Assembly: GCA_039028615.1 (NCBI GenBank)
Contig: JBCCHT010000005.1
Coordinates: 224,001 to 288,000, forward strand
DNA length: 64,000 nt
Direction of reading: 5' to 3'
DNA from: Myxococcota bacterium
GTDB lineage: Bacteria; Myxococcota_A; Polyangia; Nannocystales; Nannocystaceae
Below, piece after piece: positions 1-9,498 of the stretch. Position 1 is the first letter of the stretch. Each line of letters starts with the position of its first letter. Position numbers and translations under genes: made by a program. The notes beneath the pieces were generated by a model. That model made no database searches. It saw only the letters and a list, made by a program, of their open reading frames with translations, and was not told the DNA's origin.

Positions 1-7
1 TTATTCA

Positions 8-898
8 TTGAACGTGCTTGGTCGAGTGCTCGCGGGGGCCGTGGTGCTCGGGTCCGCGGGGTTGGTCTACGGGGGGTGGTCGGCCGATGCCCGGGCGTGC
101 ACCTGCATCCCCACGCTCGAGGTCGATTGGCCTGCGGACGGTGGGGTGCTGCCCCGCAACGGCCGCATCCTGCTGAGCGCCCATGGCTGTGGAGCCGGGG
201 TCGGCGGTGATCTCGATGTCCTGGTCGATGGTGTGCCCGCACAGCTCGTTCGCGACGCGGCGATGAGCGTCGGCGGTGACGTCTCGGCGTACTCGCTCGA
301 CCCGATGCCGGCCGAGGGCGCGACGGTGGAGCTGTCCGGGTGTCCGTCGGAGGGCTGCTTCGGGACCCCGGCCGTCTCCATGACCCTGACGGTGGGCCCT
401 TCCGACGAGCAGGCTCCGGCGGCGCCCGAGCTCGGCGAGCTCGCGCATCGGGTCGAGGACTACGAGAGCTTCGACTGCGGTGAACTCGACGACACCGTGG
501 AGCCCGTCCGCAACTGGTCGTGGACGATGACGCCCGCCGCCGATGCGTCGGACGAGGTTCGGGTCTACGTGGTCGACGTGGGTCCGGTGGACGGCGCGCA
601 GAGCGAGAACATCCTGGCTCGCAATCACACCGAGGCCATGGACGTGCTGGTCCGACGCTTCACCGAAGATGCGGGCGAGGAAGTGTGCGCCGTCGTGCGG
701 GCCTACGACACCGCGGGTCTCGCCAGCGAGCCGGTGCAGCTGTGCGAGGTGCTCGACGACGAGGACACCCTGGTGCCCGCGGAGGGCTGCGGCTGTCGTG
801 CCCATTCGACACCCACCGGATTGGGCTGGGGCCTGCTCGTGCTGGTCCTCGGCGCGATGCGGCGCGTGGGTGGGGCTCGGTCGCGACCACGGCTATGA
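8..898 (+). CDS. Secreted protein with MYXO-CTERM-like C-terminal sorting tail
   Basis: N-terminal signal peptide; C-terminus GCGCR...LGWGLLVLVLGAMRR (GC motif, TM helix, basic tail). Confidence 0.75.
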   Translation: MNVLGRVLAGAVVLGSAGLVYGGWSADARACTCIPTLEVDWPADGGVLPRNGRILLSAHGCGAGVGGDLDVLVDGVPAQLVRDAAMSVGGDVSAYSLDPMPAEGATVELSGCPSEGCFGTPAVSMTLTVGPSDEQAPAAPELGELAHRVEDYESFDCGELDDTVEPVRNWSWTMTPAADASDEVRVYVVDVGPVDGAQSENILARNHTEAMDVLVRRFTEDAGEEVCAVVRAYDTAGLASEPVQLCEVLDDEDTLVPAEGCGCRAHSTPTGLGWGLLVLVLGAMRRVGGARSRPRL

Positions 899-2106
899 TC
901 GGGCACATGGCGCTGCAGCACTCGGCTTCGGCTCGCATCGGTGCGGCGCTCGTGGGCTTCGTGCTCACGGGGGCCTGCCAGTCGTCCTCGCCCGCGCCCG
1001 AGGGAGCGAAGCCCAGTGCGGTCGAGGCCAACGCGGAGCCCGAGCCCGAGCCCGAGCCTCCGCCCCAGCCGACGCCGTCATGCGACGAGGTCCCGCCACT
1101 CCACATCGACGACGTCTGGGTCTTCGACGGCGCGGCCGGGCCCGCCGTGGCGTTGCTCGACAGCGGGGGCATGCTGCCCCAGCGGGGATACTGTCGCCGA
1201 GTCGTCACCGTGGACCTCGCGTCGGGGAAACGGCTGGGCCGCATGGCGTTGAGCCCCAGCGGCAGCAACGTGCTGCGGTTGTTCGAGGTGTTCGAGCACG
1301 AGGGCAAGCCCCACGCCTGGCTGTGGGGCGGCGAGTCGACCCGGTTCACCCTGGTTGCTCTCGCGCCCTTGAAGAGCATCACCAACACTGCGTTCGTGAC
1401 CTTGGGCTCCACCATGGAATCGGTCACGCAAGTGCACAAAGCCCGCGTGGAGGGAGCCACCATCCAGGTCATGACCGACCAGGGGCACCAGTGGGAGGTC
1501 GATGCCTTCGGTGGCTCGGCGAAGGCGCTGCCGCCCGGCACCGAGGTCGACTTCAGTGACCATCCCGACCGGCCCTGGCACGAGCAGCAGCGCTACGCGT
1601 GCGCGGCGGGGACGGCCGAGTTCGGCTTCGAGCGCATCTACGGCAACCGCGAAGTGGAGATGACCGAGTGCCCCCGGTGCCGCATTCGCTGGGGCGAAGG
1701 GCAGGGGCCGCCGTCCGCCGATGTCTTTCTCGAGCCGCAGGCCGGCCGGGTGCAGATGGCGTCCGACCGCGGTCTACGACGACGCGAGCGCCTCCGCCTC
1801 GACGCGCGCGAGTGCGTAGGGCAGGCGTGGGGCGATGCGTCTCCGCGACTGGTCGTGCACCGCGATTCCCTCGGCTACGGCGCGACGAACATGCTCAGCC
1901 GCGTGCGGCCCGATGGGACGACGCACTGGCAGCAGACCGTCGGCGGCGAGCAGGTGGATGCGATTCGAGTCTCGGCCGATCGAGTGCTGCTGACTCGCTC
2001 GCGCCTGCAGTCGGGCGGCCGATTCCGTCGCCTCGACGTGCACGACCTCGAGACGGGCGAGCGGGTCTGGGCCTATCCCGACGGTCGCCTCCAAGCACCA
2101 CCGTAG
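895..2106 (+). CDS. Lipoprotein, probable beta-propeller (PQQ-like repeats)
   Basis: ATGA overlap with the upstream stop; lipobox LTGAC; Pro/Glu linker; DLASGKR and DLETGERVW propeller-like motifs. Confidence 0.6.
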   Translation: MIGHMALQHSASARIGAALVGFVLTGACQSSSPAPEGAKPSAVEANAEPEPEPEPPPQPTPSCDEVPPLHIDDVWVFDGAAGPAVALLDSGGMLPQRGYCRRVVTVDLASGKRLGRMALSPSGSNVLRLFEVFEHEGKPHAWLWGGESTRFTLVALAPLKSITNTAFVTLGSTMESVTQVHKARVEGATIQVMTDQGHQWEVDAFGGSAKALPPGTEVDFSDHPDRPWHEQQRYACAAGTAEFGFERIYGNREVEMTECPRCRIRWGEGQGPPSADVFLEPQAGRVQMASDRGLRRRERLRLDARECVGQAWGDASPRLVVHRDSLGYGATNMLSRVRPDGTTHWQQTVGGEQVDAIRVSADRVLLTRSRLQSGGRFRRLDVHDLETGERVWAYPDGRLQAPP

Positions 2107-2214
2107 TCGCGGTCAGTCGATCTTGTCGTTGGCGCGTTGGCGTGTAGGCCTTGCACGGGGTCGTTTCGGTCGCGCAGACGACCCCACGCTTCATCGTGCA
2201 TGCGCAAAATAGAG

Positions 2215-2259
2215 CGACGCCTCGCGCCCGCCGATGATGCCGACGGACGCGAGGCGTCG
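2215..2259 (-). terminator. Putative intrinsic terminator / strong hairpin
   Basis: Perfect 12-bp inverted repeat CGACGCCTCGCG/CGCGAGGCGTCG, followed on the minus strand by CTCTATTTTG. Confidence 0.5.
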
Positions 2260-2675
2260 AGGGATGCGGACCAAGCTCGCTGGTTGGATTCGCGCTCGCC
2301 CAGGGGACGGAGACGAGCGGGACGGGAGGTGGATGCGAGTCCGGCGAATCGGACCAGGATTCACCGAAGGTGCGGAGCAGACTGCGCGAGCACCGGTCCA
2401 CGGAATAGCCGGCGTCGCCATTTCAACGCTGCCGGATGGATAGGAACGAAAACGAATATTGCTAATCTTAGGAGACCACGAAACTCACAACCTGCAAGCG
2501 ATTTCGACGATAAATCTAAGTATTGATTTGAATGTTAGTTTTGAACGTCGGCGCGTAAGCCGTGTTTGTGTCCATGGCCGGGCCTCGACGCGTTTGCCGT
2601 TTCCGCGGATTCTGGGCACAGACGGCCCTCCGGCGCTGAATTGCGGCGTCGAAGTCGACCGGTCCGCGCCGAGGA

Positions 2676-3305
2676 CTACTCGTCGGGGGCCGAGGTCGCG
2701 CGGCGGCCCTGGCCGACCAGGTAGTGCTCGGCGCTGCCGGCCCGCGTGGCCTTGGTATGGAAGGGCTTGCTCTGCGAGAAGGTCTGCCGCATCTGCGCGA
2801 TGAGCTGCGGGAACCCGCCGCCCTGGAAGACCTTGCCCGCGAAGTGTCCACCGGGGCGCAGCACGATCGACGCGATCTGAAGCGCCCGCTCGAACAGGGC
2901 CTCGCTCCTCAGGCGATCGGTGGTCGAGTCACCGATCGTCTTGGGGGCCATGTCGGAGATGACGCAGTCGAAGTGCCCGTAGCGTTCGATCAGCTGCTCG
3001 GGATCGATCTCGTAGACGTCAGCGACGAAGGCCTCGCACCACGAGGGGAGGGCCAGCTCGATCTCGGCCAGGTCGAGGCCGATGACTCGTCCCTCTTCGC
3101 CGACGCGCTCGGCCGCGTACTGCATCCACGAGCCCGGCCAGCAGCCGAGGTCCAAGACGCGACGCCCGGGCCGAAGCAGCGAGAACTTCTTGTCGAGCTC
3201 TTGCAGCTTGTACACGGCACGCCCCGCGAAGCCCTCTTGCTTGGCGCGGCGGTAGGCCGCGTCATGCCGGGCTTCGCGGTTGTGCAGCTTGCGTTTACGG
3301 GCCAT
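2676..3305 (-). CDS. rlmE: 23S rRNA Um2552 2'-O-methyltransferase (FtsJ/RrmJ family)
   Basis: RAVYKLQE, VLDLGCWPGSW SAM motif, VISDMAP, GKVFQG, SAEHYL. Confidence 0.93.
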   Translation of the reverse strand: MARKRKLHNREARHDAAYRRAKQEGFAGRAVYKLQELDKKFSLLRPGRRVLDLGCWPGSWMQYAAERVGEEGRVIGLDLAEIELALPSWCEAFVADVYEIDPEQLIERYGHFDCVISDMAPKTIGDSTTDRLRSEALFERALQIASIVLRPGGHFAGKVFQGGGFPQLIAQMRQTFSQSKPFHTKATRAGSAEHYLVGQGRRATSAPDE

Positions 3306-3323
3306 GGGCCCGAGCCGTGGCGG

Positions 3324-4007
3324 CTACTTGCCGCCCTTTTTGGCGGCGTGCGCCTTGCGTGCCGAGGCCTTCTGGCCGTGGCGAATGAGCACGATCGACT
3401 GGTTGGCCCCGGGGATGGAGCCGCGAACCAGGATGAGCCCCTCGTCGGCGATGATCTTGGCGATGGTCAGGTTCTGGGCGGTCGTGCGGACGTTGCCCAT
3501 CTGGCCGGCCATGCGCTTACCAGGAACGACGCGGCCTGGGGTGAGGCGGCAACCGATGGAACCGCCGTGGCGGTAGACCTCGTGCACACCGTGGGTGGCC
3601 TTGGTGCCGCGCATGTTGTGGCGCTTGATGACACCCTGGAAACCCTTGCCCTTGCTGGTGCCGGTCACGTCGACGGAGGCGCCCTCCTCGAACATGTCGA
3701 TGGGCAGGTCCTGGCCGACGGGGTACTTGTCGAGCAGCGAGGCGTCGACGCGGAACTCCCGGACGTGCTTGCGGGGGGTGGCGCCGCTCTTCTTGAAGTG
3801 GCCGAGCTGAGCCTTGGTCAGGCGCGAGGGCTTCTGCTCCTCGAAGCCGACCTGCAGCGCGACGTAGCCGTCGCTTTCCTCGGTGCGATGCGCGGTCACG
3901 GTGTTGCCGCTGACCGACAGCACGGTCACGGGGACGCGCTTGCCAGTGTCGAGGAAGAGCTGGGTCATGCCCACTTTCTTGGCGATCAATCCGGGCTGGA
4001 TGTTCAT
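3324..4007 (-). CDS. rplC: 50S ribosomal protein L3
   Basis: KKVGMTQLF, DGYVALQVGF, VDVTGTSKGKGFQGVIKRH, PGRVVPGKRMAGQMG. Confidence 0.97.
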   Translation of the reverse strand: MNIQPGLIAKKVGMTQLFLDTGKRVPVTVLSVSGNTVTAHRTEESDGYVALQVGFEEQKPSRLTKAQLGHFKKSGATPRKHVREFRVDASLLDKYPVGQDLPIDMFEEGASVDVTGTSKGKGFQGVIKRHNMRGTKATHGVHEVYRHGGSIGCRLTPGRVVPGKRMAGQMGNVRTTAQNLTIAKIIADEGLILVRGSIPGANQSIVLIRHGQKASARKAHAAKKGGK

Positions 4008-4113
4008 TGTCGTCGTCGTTTCTGGTGAACGGTTCAAAGCGTGGCGAGGCCAGAGGCTTCGTGGACCGGCGTTTCGTCCTCATGGGAGCGGGCCGGTCGC
4101 GATTGGGCTGGGG

Positions 4114-4142
4114 ACTATGGCCAAGGGGTGCAGGCCCGTCAA
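4114..4142 (-). promoter_or_regulatory. sigma70-type promoter for rplC-rlmE
   Basis: Minus strand TTGACG-N17-CATAGT about 105 nt upstream of the rplC ATG. Confidence 0.65.
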
Positions 4143-4233
4143 GGCGCGCGAATCCGTGAGTGGACCCACGGATGTGAACGCGCCGAGAAGGCCTCCAGTC
4201 CCCGAGAAACGGCCGTGAGGGGCCGATTGGGGC

Positions 4234-5049
4234 TCACGTCGGGGCCGGCATGGCGAGCAACGCGCGGGTGTTGTCGGTGGCCTGGCGGGCGAGCTGCTGC
4301 GGGTCCTGACCGCGGACCTCGGCCAGGCGCGAGCACGTGAACGCCACGTTGGCCGGGTTGTTCTTGGTGCCGCGCATGGGCACGGGCGCGAGGTAGGGCG
4401 CATCGGTCTCGAGCATGATGCGGTCGTCGGGCACCAGCTTCACCGCCTCGCGAATCTCCTCGGCCTTGGGGAAGGTGGCGATGCCGGAGAACGAGATGTG
4501 GAAGCCGAGCGCGAGCCAGGCCTCGGCCTCACGGGGGCCCGCGGTGAAGCAGTGCACCATGCCGGGCGCCTGCTCGCGGGGGCCCTCGTCGGCCACGATG
4601 GCGAGCGCCTCGTCGTGCGCCTCGCGGATGTGCAGCACCAGCGGCATGTCGAGCCGTCGCGCCAGGGCGACGTGCTGCCGCAGCGAGGTGCGCTGCTGGT
4701 CGGGCTCGCTCATGTTGTAGTGGTAGTCGAGCCCGGTCTCGCCCACCGCGAGGATCTTGGGGTGGGCCAGCCGCTGCTCGAGCTCGCTCAGCGCGGTCTC
4801 GTCGGTGGTCTTGGCCTCGTGCGGGTGAATGCCCACCGCGCCGAACACGGTGGGGTGGGCGTCGACCAGGGCCATGGCCCGCGGCTGGCTCTCCCGGGAG
4901 CACCCGACGTGCACCACCTGCACCACGCCCGCCTTGCGGGCCTGCTCGAGCGTGGCCTCGACGTCATCGGACATCGGCGCATAGTCGAGGTGACAGTGCG
5001 CGTCGATGAGCCCGGGGATGTTCGGGGGAGGGGGGCGTTTGCGTCCCAC
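4234..5049 (-). CDS. tatD: TatD family metal-dependent DNase
   Basis: IDAHCHLD, GIHPH, AVGETGLDYHY, HCFT, ETDAPYLAP. Confidence 0.93.
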   Translation of the reverse strand: MGRKRPPPPNIPGLIDAHCHLDYAPMSDDVEATLEQARKAGVVQVVHVGCSRESQPRAMALVDAHPTVFGAVGIHPHEAKTTDETALSELEQRLAHPKILAVGETGLDYHYNMSEPDQQRTSLRQHVALARRLDMPLVLHIREAHDEALAIVADEGPREQAPGMVHCFTAGPREAEAWLALGFHISFSGIATFPKAEEIREAVKLVPDDRIMLETDAPYLAPVPMRGTKNNPANVAFTCSRLAEVRGQDPQQLARQATDNTRALLAMPAPT

Positions 5050-5120
5050 GGGCGCACGCTAGCACGAGCGCCCGCGAGGACCAGGCGCCGACGGCCGGCC
5101 CCCGCTCACGGGTCGAAGGC

Positions 5121-6275
5121 TCAGCCTGCGGCCTGGGTCTCGCAGCCGAACTGGATGCTGATCGAGCCGCCGGCCGAGCCCTGCAGCTTGTTGCAGGTCT
5201 GCGGGCACATCAGGATGAAGTTCGGGGCGGCCGCGTTGTCGTAGTACCAGCCGTCGACCACGTTGGGGCAGTCGGCGGGCGAGTCCACGCGACCGATGGG
5301 GAGGATGCCACCCATGCCGTCGTCGAACTCCAGGTTGACCTCATCGGGGTCGAACTCCATGTCCTCGGGCGGGGCCGGAATCTCGAACTCGCACGACAGC
5401 TGGCTGCCGCCGATGACCTCGGTGGACAGCACGTCGAAGACGGCCTGGAAGTCCTGGTCACACAGGTCGGCCGCGACCCCGGCGGTTTGATTCGACAAGT
5501 CGATGTAGCGCTCACCGATGCCCGCGGCGCTGTTGCAGTTGGAGTGACACACCACCGAGTGGTGCAGGTAGCCCTCGTAGTTCGGGTTCAGGGCGAGGAA
5601 GGCCGCGTTGAACTCCTCGACGTTCATGTTGGAGGTGTCGTCGGTCACCACCACCAGGTGCTTGGTCGAGTCGGGCCGCAGCGCGGCGGCCCACTGATCG
5701 TGCGTGGCCAGCAGTCTCTCCCAGGCATCGTGGCTCGCCACGCGCTCGTCGACATGGGTGAAGGTCGGCGGGTTGGCATCCAGGTCGGGGCAGCCGCCGC
5801 TGCCGAGCGGAGCGTCGATGCAGATGCCGTGGCCGTTGTCGGGGTAGCTGGAGATCAGCACCACGTGCACGTCCACGCCGCTGGCGATGATCTGGTCGGA
5901 GAAGTCGTTCATGCGGGCTTGGATCTCGCCCGCCTCGAAGCTCATGGAGCCCGAGTTGTCGACGATGAAGATGATGTCGGCGGGCACGGGCACGAGCTCG
6001 GCTTGCTCGCCCACCGCCGCGCACTCCTCTTCGTCCTCGGGGAGCGGCTGGTCGTCGGGGATGTCGAGCTTGGCGCCGTCGAGGCCACCGTCATCGGCGG
6101 TGCCGTCCTCCCCGTCGGTCTCCGTGCCGCCCATCGCGGTCAGGCTGCCGATCCCGGAGCCGCTCGCGTCGTCGGACTCGTCTCCGCCGCCACCACAGGC
6201 CGCCAACGCCAGGCTTAGCGCGCCCAGCGCGATCGATCCCATGCCACGTGCCCAGCATCCCGTTGCCACCCTCAT
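5121..6275 (-). CDS. vWA-domain lipoprotein (myxobacterial type)
   Basis: Lipobox LAAC; MIDAS motif DIIFIVDNSGSM; VVVTDD; Cys-rich C-terminal domain (GWYYD...CPQTC...FGC). Confidence 0.8.
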   Translation of the reverse strand: MRVATGCWARGMGSIALGALSLALAACGGGGDESDDASGSGIGSLTAMGGTETDGEDGTADDGGLDGAKLDIPDDQPLPEDEEECAAVGEQAELVPVPADIIFIVDNSGSMSFEAGEIQARMNDFSDQIIASGVDVHVVLISSYPDNGHGICIDAPLGSGGCPDLDANPPTFTHVDERVASHDAWERLLATHDQWAAALRPDSTKHLVVVTDDTSNMNVEEFNAAFLALNPNYEGYLHHSVVCHSNCNSAAGIGERYIDLSNQTAGVAADLCDQDFQAVFDVLSTEVIGGSQLSCEFEIPAPPEDMEFDPDEVNLEFDDGMGGILPIGRVDSPADCPNVVDGWYYDNAAAPNFILMCPQTCNKLQGSAGGSISIQFGCETQAAG

Positions 6276-6432
6276 GAAAGGTGAGACACCTCCTTACTTG
6301 TGATTTCCGGTGCGGCGGGCTGAAAAAACGGCCGACAACGCCCGTGGTCCGCCGTTTTGTGCCCGGGGGATCGCTTTTTTCAGGCGATCGATCGCGGATG
6401 CAGAGACCGCGCTGAGCACGCTGGTGCGGAAC

Positions 6433-7458
6433 TCAGTCCGCGTTTCGCTCGCGCGCCGCCAGGGTCTCGAGGTTCTCGAACGCGTCGCCCACCGCCTCGC
6501 GGACGGCGGCGCGGGGGTGCCAGCGCAGCCGCTCGAGCAGCGTGAGCCCGGGATTCGGGCCGCCGTCGGTGCCCGCCATCCGGGCGAGCGCATAGGCGGC
6601 CCGCACCCGCGTGACCCCGGGCAGCAGCATGCGCTTGGCGAGTCGCTGGACTCGCTCGACCTCGGCCGGCTCGGCGCGACCGAGCGCAGCCAAGCCTTCG
6701 AGGGCGTCGTCTCGCTCGTGTCGAAGATCGAGGCCATCGAGCAGGCGAGGGCGGGCGGTGGCCCGGCGGGCGGCGGCCAGGGTCATCGCGCACAAAAAAC
6801 CGAGCGAGCCCCAGGCGTTCTCGCCCTGCACGAGGGTCTCGAGCACGTCGCACGCCTCGGCCCCGGGCGGGTCGAGATGCGCGAGGGCGTCGACGAGACC
6901 TTCTTGGACGCGCTCGTCTTCTTCGTTGCGCAAGGCGTCGACCAGCGCGGGCTCGGCCGCATCGCCTTGCAGCTCGACCAACGCGAGTCCGGCTTGGAAG
7001 CGCAGCTCGGGGTTGTCCGATTTCAGGGCCCCGGTGAGTGCCCCGTCGATGCGCGTGCGCAGCTCTGGAGCCGCGTCGGCATCGGCGGCGGCCTTGCCCA
7101 GGAACGAGGCGGTGACCACCGCACACTCGCGTAGATAGGCCTGGTCTTCGTCGTCACCGGTCAGCGCGAGCCAGGGCTCGACGTGGTCGAGCGCCTCGGG
7201 CTCTCCGAGCATGCCGAGCCCGGTGGCGGCCAAGCCTCGCAGCGGGGCGGGGTGCTCGTCGCTCAGTCGCTCGAGCAGGGCCCGCAGCACGGCCTCGCCG
7301 CGCGCGTGCTCGGTGGTGGAGCGCCAGTGCGGACCGGGCACGTCCAGCTCTTCGAGCAAGGCGGGCGCGAGGTTGCGGACCGCCTGGTGGCGATAGTGCT
7401 CGCGCTCGCTGTCCAGATCGCGAAGCGCCGCGTCGAGGGTGATTTCGGCGGCCAGCAT
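6433..7458 (-). CDS. HEAT-repeat protein
   Basis: Start overlaps the holB stop (TGATG); repeated LR..AA..LG.L helical motifs. Confidence 0.7.
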   Translation of the reverse strand: MLAAEITLDAALRDLDSEREHYRHQAVRNLAPALLEELDVPGPHWRSTTEHARGEAVLRALLERLSDEHPAPLRGLAATGLGMLGEPEALDHVEPWLALTGDDEDQAYLRECAVVTASFLGKAAADADAAPELRTRIDGALTGALKSDNPELRFQAGLALVELQGDAAEPALVDALRNEEDERVQEGLVDALAHLDPPGAEACDVLETLVQGENAWGSLGFLCAMTLAAARRATARPRLLDGLDLRHERDDALEGLAALGRAEPAEVERVQRLAKRMLLPGVTRVRAAYALARMAGTDGGPNPGLTLLERLRWHPRAAVREAVGDAFENLETLAARERNAD

Positions 7459-8513
7459 CAGGCACTCAGCTCCAGCAGCGTCTGCTCCATCGCCAGGCGA
7501 ACGTTGGGGTTGCGCATCAGGCCCTCGCGCAGCCCTTGCAGGCAGTCGATGTGGCGCAGCAATCGGGGGACTTCGTGCCCGGCGGAGGGCAGCCCGGGCA
7601 GGCCCTCGCCGCCCCGCAGATGCTCGCGCAGGTGCAGCAGCCACAGATCGGTGGCCCGTGCACACGCGGCGCGCTCGCGAGCGGGGCGACCCGCTCCCGC
7701 CCCGCCGCTGGCCTGGGTCCACGACGACCACAGCGGACCTTTGTCGCCGCTGAAGATCCCGCCCGGCCCGGCATTGACCGCGTCCATCGCGTTGCGCACC
7801 AGGGTGACCACGTCGTCGAGCGAGGCGTCGGTGAGCAGGTCGAGGGCCTGGCCCACGCTGCCCTGAGAAAGCCGCAGCGCCAGGTGTCGACGATCGGCCT
7901 CGGGGGTGGGCAAGGGCTCTTCGCCCGCCTCTTCGGCCTCGGCCTGGCGGCGGGCCAACACGTCGTCGACCACCTCGCCCTGCAGATCCAGCGGCAGCGG
8001 CCCCAGGCGCACGGGCAGGCAGCGGCTGAGGATGGTCGGCAGCAGCCCGTCGGGGCGGCTGGTGATCATCAAGAAATGCACGCCGGGCTTGGGCTCTTCG
8101 ATCGACTTGAGCAGCGCATTGAAGGCCTGCTCGGTCAGCGCGTCTGCGGGATCGAAGATCACCACGTGGTGCCGACCCTCGAAGGGCGCGTGGGAGAGGC
8201 GGTGGCTCAGCTCGCGCGCCGCCTCGACCTTGATGGTGCCGCCGGGGGTCTCGGGCTGGAGGGTCTCGACCCCGGCATGCATGGCGGACAGCACCCGGCG
8301 GCAGGAGGAGCAGGTGCCGCAGCCCACGGCGGGCTGGGTCTCGCAGTGCAGCGCGCAGGCCAGCCCCCGCGCCAGCGTAGCCTTGCCGATCCCCGTCGGA
8401 CCCATGACGATGAGCCCGTGGTGCAGCTGCTCCCGGGCGATTGCCCGTGACAGCCGCGCCTGGGCGTGGGTGTGACCCCGTACGCCGGGAAAGCCGGGAA
8501 ATGCGTCGGACAT
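7458..8513 (-). CDS. holB: DNA polymerase III subunit delta'
   Basis: GPTGIGK, Zn motif C...CGTCSSC, AFNALLKSIEEP, LLPTILSRC. Confidence 0.92.
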   Translation of the reverse strand: MSDAFPGFPGVRGHTHAQARLSRAIAREQLHHGLIVMGPTGIGKATLARGLACALHCETQPAVGCGTCSSCRRVLSAMHAGVETLQPETPGGTIKVEAARELSHRLSHAPFEGRHHVVIFDPADALTEQAFNALLKSIEEPKPGVHFLMITSRPDGLLPTILSRCLPVRLGPLPLDLQGEVVDDVLARRQAEAEEAGEEPLPTPEADRRHLALRLSQGSVGQALDLLTDASLDDVVTLVRNAMDAVNAGPGGIFSGDKGPLWSSWTQASGGAGAGRPARERAACARATDLWLLHLREHLRGGEGLPGLPSAGHEVPRLLRHIDCLQGLREGLMRNPNVRLAMEQTLLELSA

Positions 8514-8724
8514 CGGGTGCGCGAGAGGGTAACAGCCACGAGGCGGGAATCGACGGGGTCGGCTGCGGGTCCTTGCCGGGCCACCCGTACCTCCTCGACG
8601 CCGCCGGGCCGACGGCGGTTAGCTTCCCGAATCCGCGCGGGGGGGCCCCGGCCTCGCCCAAAACGAAATCAACCGCTTAGCCCCCGCCGGCGCGCCTGCT
8701 ACGATGGCGCCAGGCCCCTACGAC

Positions 8725-9432
8725 ATGAGCAACAAGCCCGGTCTGTTCAGCCGTCTCAAGACTTCCATCTCCAGCGCCCTCAACGACGCGGTCGACGCCG
8801 TGTCCGACCCCGGTCAAGAGGTTGCGCTGATGATCGACGATCTCGCCGCCCAGATCCAAGAGGCCGAAAAGGACCTCCGGCAGGCGATCGTCGATCGCAA
8901 GATGCTCGAGCGAAAAATCGAGGAACTCTCTGCCTCCGAAAAGGAGTGGGAGAAAAAAGCCGAGCAAGCGCTCAAGCTCGGCGACGAGGAACTCGCCCGC
9001 GCCGCCCTCAAGCGCAAGGGGGACTACGGCATGCAGCTGACCGAGGCCAAGGCCGGTCTCGTCGAGCAGACCAACCTCGCCGACACGATGCAAAAGCAGA
9101 TCAAGGAGGGCAAGGCCAAGCACAAGTCCCTCAACCTGCGTCGCGGCTCGCTCATGGCCCAGGCCCGCGCCGCCAAGCAGGGGGTCGCGCCCGGTCAGCT
9201 CTCCAACGGCGGCACCTTCTCGCGGCTCGACGACATCGAGAACAAGATCAACCAGCTCGAGGCGCTCAACGAGGTCTCCGCCGAGCTCAACCAAGACGCG
9301 GTCGAGGAAGCGAAGCTCGACGCCAAGCTGGCCGATCTGGCCGGGGAAAACGAGCTCGAAGACGAGCTGTCCAAGCTCAAGGCCAAGATGGCCAACGAGC
9401 AAAAGAGCCTGCCCAAGAGCGACGACGAGTAG
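8725..9432 (+). CDS. pspA: PspA/IM30 family protein
   Basis: GLFSRLK...DP N-terminus, GDEELARAAL, long coiled coil, ELSKLKAKM. Confidence 0.88.
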   Translation: MSNKPGLFSRLKTSISSALNDAVDAVSDPGQEVALMIDDLAAQIQEAEKDLRQAIVDRKMLERKIEELSASEKEWEKKAEQALKLGDEELARAALKRKGDYGMQLTEAKAGLVEQTNLADTMQKQIKEGKAKHKSLNLRRGSLMAQARAAKQGVAPGQLSNGGTFSRLDDIENKINQLEALNEVSAELNQDAVEEAKLDAKLADLAGENELEDELSKLKAKMANEQKSLPKSDDE

Positions 9433-9447
9433 CGTCGCAGCAACAAG

Positions 9448-9484
9448 AAAACGCCGCCCATGGCCTGTGCCGGGCGGCGTTTTT
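9448..9484. terminator. Bidirectional intrinsic terminator
   Basis: AAAACGCCGCCC...GGGCGGCGTTTTT between convergent genes. Confidence 0.8.
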
Positions 9485-9498
9485 GCGTGTCGACTCGT

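Noticed and set aside
2191..2421. 76-aa minus-strand ORF
   Set aside because: No RBS, Pro/Arg-rich, and it runs through the terminator-like stem; an RNA interpretation is preferred but unproven.
4064..4098. Hammerhead-like ATGAG...GACGAAAC in the rplC leader
   Set aside because: Lacks the CUGA core and stem II; kept only as a plain hairpin.
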